A stretch of DNA of 20,114 bases from a bacterium (GTDB lineage Bacteria > SZUA-182 > DTGQ01 > JAFGSM01). The position numbers and the translations under genes were made by a program. A model generated the notes under the pieces. That model saw only the letters and a list, made by a program, of their open reading frames with translations. It was not told the origin of the DNA and made no database searches. The DNA lies in the NCBI GenBank assembly GCA_049472315.1, contig JBLIRN010000047.1, positions 1 to 20,114 on the forward strand. Reading direction: 5' to 3'. Shown here one piece after another: positions 15,322-20,114 of the stretch. Numbering within the stretch: position 1 is the first letter of the stretch; every line of letters begins with the position of its first letter.

Positions 15322-16305
15322 TCATGCATCGGTTGCCTGGGCGATCACCCTGATGACCTCTCCGCACCCGCATGCCGCCGAAAAAACGGAAATGAACAGC
15401 GCGGGAATCGCCCCGAAAAAGGCATGAAGAAAGAGGAGAGCCCCCTGCCTGTACCCTCGCCTCCGTGCCCCTCTCTGTTGACGTACAATCATCAGGTGCT
15501 CAAAAAGGGCATCCCTCCTCATAAAGAGGTTTAAGAGGCTTTGGAGTGTGATGAAGGGCCCGTATTCCCATGAAAGGGAATCCCATGAGATGGGGGAAAA
15601 CCCGGTCTTTTGCAGTGCAAGGCCAAGGGTGCGCGGGGTGTAATGGTGGAGATGGTGGAGGGGATCCCACCCCATCCAGGCGGTCTTTGTCATCCTCGCA
15701 GACCAGCTTCCGGCATTGGGGATCTCGATCAGCAGATAGCCGCCGGGTTTTAGCAGCCCCCGGCAACAGCGGAGGTAGAGAAGGGGATCACGCAGGTGTT
15801 CAAGCACATGCCACATGGTGACGATGTCGAATGAACGCCTTTTGAACGGCGCATGGGGCAACTCGCCGACAAAACAATCAATCCCGAAGGCCTTTCGTAT
15901 ATATGACCCGGCGGTAGCGGAAACCTGGGTCCCCGCCACCTGCCACCCCCGCTTGCGCAGCTCATGGATCATGATTCCCCTGCCACAACCGACATCCAGG
16001 ATTGACCCCTTCCTCCCAAGCACCCTCTCCACATAGGACGCCCTTTGTGTACGGAAAAATCGGGAGACCCGCTCCGCCGATTTCGAAAACCGCTCACCCT
16101 CCGGTGAGTAAAACGAATCCTGATATCTGGCATGGATCTGTTCGCTGTCAGGAAGGGGATACGTGACCATCAGGCCACATCCCCGGCATATCAGGAGCGA
16201 CGTGCCGAACTCGTGAAAGGTGAAGCAAGGAATGAGGGAAGACCCTCCGCATAGAGTACATATCTGATCAGGCACCACCGTCCTGTTCGTGTCATGGATA
16301 ACCAT
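15322..16305 (-). CDS. Class I SAM-dependent methyltransferase with an N-terminal zinc ribbon
   Basis: CTLC...CRGC, ILDVGCGRG, FDIVTMWHVLEHL.DP and LLKPGGYLLIEIPN. Confidence 0.9.
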   Translation of the reverse strand: MVIHDTNRTVVPDQICTLCGGSSLIPCFTFHEFGTSLLICRGCGLMVTYPLPDSEQIHARYQDSFYSPEGERFSKSAERVSRFFRTQRASYVERVLGRKGSILDVGCGRGIMIHELRKRGWQVAGTQVSATAGSYIRKAFGIDCFVGELPHAPFKRRSFDIVTMWHVLEHLRDPLLYLRCCRGLLKPGGYLLIEIPNAGSWSARMTKTAWMGWDPLHHLHHYTPRTLGLALQKTGFSPISWDSLSWEYGPFITLQSLLNLFMRRDALFEHLMIVRQQRGARRRGYRQGALLFLHAFFGAIPALFISVFSAACGCGEVIRVIAQATDA

Positions 16306-16347
16306 TCATACCCGCCACGGGAAAAACCGCTGTCGATTCAGGGGTGA

Positions 16348-16376
16348 ACTATACCATACACGATTCATGTTGACAA
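16348..16376 (-). promoter_or_regulatory. sigma70-like promoter for the methyltransferase
   Basis: Minus strand TTGTCA-N17-TATAGT with an extended TG, 42 nt before ATG 16305. Confidence 0.65.
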
Positions 16377-16492
16377 CCGCACAGGCCGCCGGTGGGAATG
16401 CCAATTTTGAACCTTCAGCCCGGGAACACAGGCAGACATGTCCTCCACGATGACATATTGCCAAAACAAACATTGCCGGATCACCGAAGAGG

Positions 16493-17281
16493 TCATTGCC
16501 GCGCACCTTCCCCGCGATCAAGGACCGTTAGCTTTCTGCCGCCGGCGCTGAGTATTGGGGTCTTATAAAGGCCCGCCTTCTGTCCGATCACCTGGAACGT
16601 GGTTCTTATAACCCCGAGGGCATAGAGACAGCTCTTCCAGAAACTGATGGTCGACGCCTCCGCAAAGTAATGTGCCGGGCAGCTCACCTCGCCGATCCTG
16701 AACCCGAAAAAGATGACCTGACAGAGCATCTGGTTGTCAAAGAGATAATCATCACTGTTCTCAAGGATGGGCAGGGTCTCCAGCACCTTTCTGGTGAACC
16801 CCCGATACCCGGTATGGTATTCCGAAAGGCCCTGGGCGAGCACCAGGTTCTGGAAGGTGGTGAGGACACGGTTGGCCACGTACTTGTACCACGGCATTCC
16901 GCTCTTGATGGCCCCCCGTCCCAGCATCCGGGAGCCCTGCACATAGTCGTAGAACCCAGTACCCAGGAGATAGGCGATGGCGGGGATGATCCTGGGGGTG
17001 TATTGATAATCGGGATGGACCATGATCACGATGTCGGCCCCGATTTCAAGCGCCTTCTTATAGCAGGTCTTCTGATTCGCCCCGTATCCCATGTTCCGCT
17101 CGTGGTGCAGCAGGACAAGCTCAAGATCCCGGGCTATGTACAGAGTGTCGTCGGAGCTGCAATCATCGGTAAGGATGATCTCGTCAACCAGGGTGCGGTC
17201 GATCTCGTGGTAGGTCTTCTTGAGCGTCTTGGCCGCATTGTATGCGGGCATCACCACAACGAGCCGTTTTCCGAGAATCAT
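16493..17281 (-). CDS. Glycosyltransferase family 2 (DPM1-like), 262 aa
   Basis: VVVMPAYNAA, DDCSSDDT, NMGYGANQKTCY, HPDYQY, GSR and SEYHTGYR. Start set at ATG 17281 because a promoter overlaps the longer ORF start. Confidence 0.92.
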   Translation of the reverse strand: MILGKRLVVVMPAYNAAKTLKKTYHEIDRTLVDEIILTDDCSSDDTLYIARDLELVLLHHERNMGYGANQKTCYKKALEIGADIVIMVHPDYQYTPRIIPAIAYLLGTGFYDYVQGSRMLGRGAIKSGMPWYKYVANRVLTTFQNLVLAQGLSEYHTGYRGFTRKVLETLPILENSDDYLFDNQMLCQVIFFGFRIGEVSCPAHYFAEASTISFWKSCLYALGVIRTTFQVIGQKAGLYKTPILSAGGRKLTVLDRGEGARQ

Positions 17282-17342
17282 CTCCCCCTGCCCTCTCCCT
17301 TTGGATGCATGGTTTTGATTTATTGCGGGCGAATCATCCCCT

Positions 17343-17394
17343 ACTATAGAATTCATGAGGAATCGTTGTCAAATGCCAATTGATCAATTACAAT
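17343..17394. promoter_or_regulatory. Back-to-back sigma70-like promoters for the GT2 and MFS genes, sharing one -35 element
   Basis: Minus strand TTGACA(17372-17367)-N18-TATAGT; plus strand TTGTCA(17366-17371)-N17-TACAAT; palindrome AATTGATCAATT at 17378-17389. Confidence 0.6.
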
Positions 17395-17450
17395 CCATTG
17401 CCGGCACCTGTCGCCGTTCCATTGCCCTCCGGATAACAAAAGGAGAAGAA

Positions 17451-18635
17451 ATGGGGCAGAGGGAAAATGGCATAAAGAATGTGTTTCTGCTCGGGTTCGT
17501 GAGTTTTCTCAATGACTTGAGCAGCGAGATGATCATGCCGATCCTGCCTTTATTCATTGCCGCACTCGGAGGCAAGGGCATGGCGGTGGGTCTGGTCGGA
17601 GGGGTGCGCGAGGGCGTATCGAGTCTTGTAAAGATAGCAAGCGGATATTTCTCCGACCGGACCGGCCACAGAAAACGATTTGTGTTTCTGGGATACCTCA
17701 ACTCTGCCCTGTTTAAGCTCCTTTTGGGGGCCTCGCGCATATGGCAGCACGTGCTGGTGGTTACCGGGCTCGAGCGGATCGGAAAGGGCCTTCGCACTGC
17801 CGCCCGGGACGCGATCATTGCAGAATCAACCCCCCTGCACAGGGGAAGGGGATTCGGCATTCACCGCGCCTTTGACACCGCCGGAGCCGTAGGGGGCGCC
17901 GGTGTAGCACTCCTTCTGTACTGGTTCTTCAAGCTCGATTTTAGGGCGATCATCCTCGTTGCCGCGATCCTTTCATTCACCTCCCTCATCCCTCTGATAT
18001 TCGTGGCCGAGACAAGGGGCGTTCCCCAGCGGGTCTCCTTTTCTCTCAGCATTCGCAGCCTCTCCCCCCGGCTCAGGGCCTTCCTTCTCATCGCCGCAAT
18101 ATTCTACCTGGCGAATCTCAGTTACATGTTCTTCATCCTGCGGGCACAGGAATTTTTTTCGGGAATCTATCCTGAAAAGACCGCAAATCTCCTCCCCATC
18201 ATCCTTTATATAGTCTCCAATGCCGTCTATGCAGCAGGCGCGATTCCGTTCGGCGTTCTCTCCGACAGGGTGGGAAGAAGGCGGGTGCTCGTGTCAGGCT
18301 ACCTCCTTTTTTCCATCACCTCCCTTGGGTTCGCATTCCTTCAGTCCCTCCCGGCGTTCATCCTGCTCTTTTGCGCATACGGCGTTGTGAACGCCATTGT
18401 AGATGCAAACGAGCGGGCGTTTATCGCTGACCTTGCGCCATCCCATCTCAAGGCCACTGCCCTGGGAACCTTCCACGCCACGATCGGGGTGATGAGCGTG
18501 ATTGAAGGCGCCGCGGCGGGCGCCCTCTGGCAGTGGATCTCCCCGCAGGCTGCCTTCATTTATGGCGCTGCGGTTACCGGATGCGCCGCATGGTTTTTTA
18601 TTCTGTTCGGCGGATTCCTCGCACGGGCCAATTAG
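17451..18635 (+). CDS. MFS transporter (394 aa)
   Basis: About 12 TM segments; motif A twice (GYFSDRTGHRK, GVLSDRVGRRR); DLSSEMI and ERIGKGLRTAARDA; AAGGAG RBS before ATG 17451. Confidence 0.93.
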   Translation: MGQRENGIKNVFLLGFVSFLNDLSSEMIMPILPLFIAALGGKGMAVGLVGGVREGVSSLVKIASGYFSDRTGHRKRFVFLGYLNSALFKLLLGASRIWQHVLVVTGLERIGKGLRTAARDAIIAESTPLHRGRGFGIHRAFDTAGAVGGAGVALLLYWFFKLDFRAIILVAAILSFTSLIPLIFVAETRGVPQRVSFSLSIRSLSPRLRAFLLIAAIFYLANLSYMFFILRAQEFFSGIYPEKTANLLPIILYIVSNAVYAAGAIPFGVLSDRVGRRRVLVSGYLLFSITSLGFAFLQSLPAFILLFCAYGVVNAIVDANERAFIADLAPSHLKATALGTFHATIGVMSVIEGAAAGALWQWISPQAAFIYGAAVTGCAAWFFILFGGFLARAN

Positions 18636-18830
18636 CAAGGTCGTGGTCACAACGCTGCCTTTGGCAAATCATGCACAATCGCTGGCCAGATAGCAAAGCA
18701 CATATTACGGGGTACGTTGTAAAATTCGTCATTAACGCGATCGCACATGGAAGATAATGAATGCTGCTGCAAATCGCATCCTGAGATGTGCTGATTTAAC
18801 TTCCGGACCAGGCTCCCTCGCCTCAAAAGG

Positions 18831-19349
18831 ATGCGTGAGAAATCAAAGAATTTGAGACTGGGGTTGTATTTCCACCTGCCGCTCATCGACGATATCATCA
18901 AGGCTTCGAATCAAAAACGGTTCCTCAACCTGGGCAATATCAGCGTCCCGACAACCAACAAATGTGGAAAAAACAGGGTGGCGGTCATAAGCTGCAACAT
19001 ACGGTATAAGCCAATAGTTAGGCCACCTCCGGCGGCCTAAGGGGCACGCATAAGGGTCGACGACTATGAGGACTCGTCAAGGAGCATTCCATTTCGATCC
19101 TCGCCGAGCTAAGCAGGAGGGAATGCACAAGGAGTGGAAGGACTCAGGTATTATCTCCATTCCTGCAAACAAAGTACATGACGAAATGCGGAAGGTGGCT
19201 ACCGAGAAATGGGGTTCGAAATCATCAGGATCTACGTCACGGATAACGTCTCTTCCCATATGGAGAGGATGATGAACGAAATCTCCGGGTCAATGGACAC
19301 CTTTCTTGCAAGTCCGGTCAAGAAAGGATATTGCCCACTACTCCCCTGA
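18831..19349 (+). pseudogene. Degraded SPFH/band 7 family gene
   Basis: Manual stitching gives GLYFHLPLIDDIIK...NISVPT...ISCNIRYK, a TAA at 19038-19040, in-frame VDDYEDS, a frameshift to VKEHSISILAEL, a frameshift to VHDEMRKVATEKWG, and a frameshift to FEIIRIYVTD. These blocks are collinear with SPFH motifs. Confidence 0.6.
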
Positions 19350-19601
19350 TTGCAGTCACCACAACGGCTCCGGCCCGCGCTCACCACATCCTTTCCAGGA
19401 CATTCCATCATTTCTCTTGCCATACAATACCTATCGATACCCGCAACTTTCATTATATGGCTTTCTTATGCCGTTGCTTTATGAGTCGACAAGACTTGCG
19501 GGTGCATGTGCGATAACCTTGATCTCCCTTCCCAGGCCCTGGCATCTGCTATTGGTTTTTCAGTTTCTGAAATTTCATCACACTCTCCATCAGCTTTTCT
19601 T

Positions 19602-19946
19602 TCAGGACTTCTCCTGAGCGAGCAATGGTTCCAGAAGAGCGACGAGCGCAGGGAGATCATCCTGCACGGTACGCCAGAGAATATCAAGGTTGATATCGAA
19701 ATAGGCATGAACCAGCTTGTGGCGCATGCCGATGATGTCGTCCCAGGGGATATCCCGGAGTTGGTCCTGCGTGATTTCAGAGATTTGATAGGCAGCCTCG
19801 CCGATGATCTCGATATCCTTGACCAGCGACAAAACCAGCATGCGATCGCCGTCCAAGTCGCCACGACCCCTGCCCCGTGCAAAACATATGGCCTCATGTG
19901 CGGCATCCAACATGTGTCGCAAGCGAACCGCATCATCCTTGTGCAT
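19602..19946 (-). CDS. hepT: HepT-like HEPN ribonuclease toxin (DUF86), 114 aa
   Basis: [17 protein letters not shown] and [18 protein letters not shown] (Rx4HxY motif); start overlaps the antitoxin stop. Confidence 0.9.
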   Translation of the reverse strand: MHKDDAVRLRHMLDAAHEAICFARGRGRGDLDGDRMLVLSLVKDIEIIGEAAYQISEITQDQLRDIPWDDIIGMRHKLVHAYFDINLDILWRTVQDDLPALVALLEPLLAQEKS

Positions 19947-20114
19947 ACTGCAGCTCCGCTTCTTGCAGGACATCCTGGCGAAAATACCGGCTGAGGTCCT
20001 CCGCAGTCCTGAGGTCTACTTTTCGGCCACCGAAGATATCTGAAAGTTCGCGCTCCAATCGAGCAATGCCGAAAAGCCCTGGCGTATGTTCAGGCTCAAA
20101 CTCGACCAGAACAT
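19933..20114 (-). CDS. mntA: MntA-like minimal nucleotidyltransferase antitoxin, C-terminal part (5' end outside the window)
   Basis: Manual translation [59 protein letters not shown]; 14-nt overlap with hepT; absent from the ORF track. Confidence 0.88.
   Translation of the reverse strand, partial: VLVEFEPEHTPGLFGIARLERELSDIFGGRKVDLRTAEDLSRYFRQDVLQEAELQYAQG

Noticed and set aside
15322..18635. Methyltransferase, GT2 and MFS as tailoring/export genes of the RiPP
   Set aside because: They lie more than 9 kb away beyond housekeeping genes and have their own promoters; nothing links them to the cluster.

Overview
GC-rich bacterial window that looks like an anaerobe, possibly Desulfobacterota-like (an impression from gene content, not tested). 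The left end carries the start of an F0 ATP synthase operon (atpB-atpE-atpF, minus strand). Divergent from it is a compact four-gene operon at 1521-6155, bounded by a sigma70-like promoter and a perfect 17-bp hairpin, which reads as a RiPP (ribosomal peptide/protein modification) cluster. It encodes an RRE-like domain fused to an M50 metallopeptidase, a stomatin/SPFH domain fused to a radical SAM/SPASM enzyme, a second radical SAM/SPASM enzyme resembling tyramine-excising spliceases (PlpX/PcpX type), and a 182-aa Cys-free precursor. The precursor has four Tyr-Gly motifs in mirror order around a charge-free Trp/Ser/Gly and xFGG repeat core. The rest of the window holds a stand-alone radical SAM gene, an 8-heme membrane-anchored cytochrome c, an orphan ABC substrate-binding protein, argC-pyrE-radical SAM, an MltD-like transglycosylase, a methyltransferase, a GT2 glycosyltransferase, an MFS transporter, a frameshifted second SPFH gene not recovered as one gene by the ORF track, and a HepT/MntA toxin-antitoxin pair. 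All family calls come from motif reading by eye; no searches were run.
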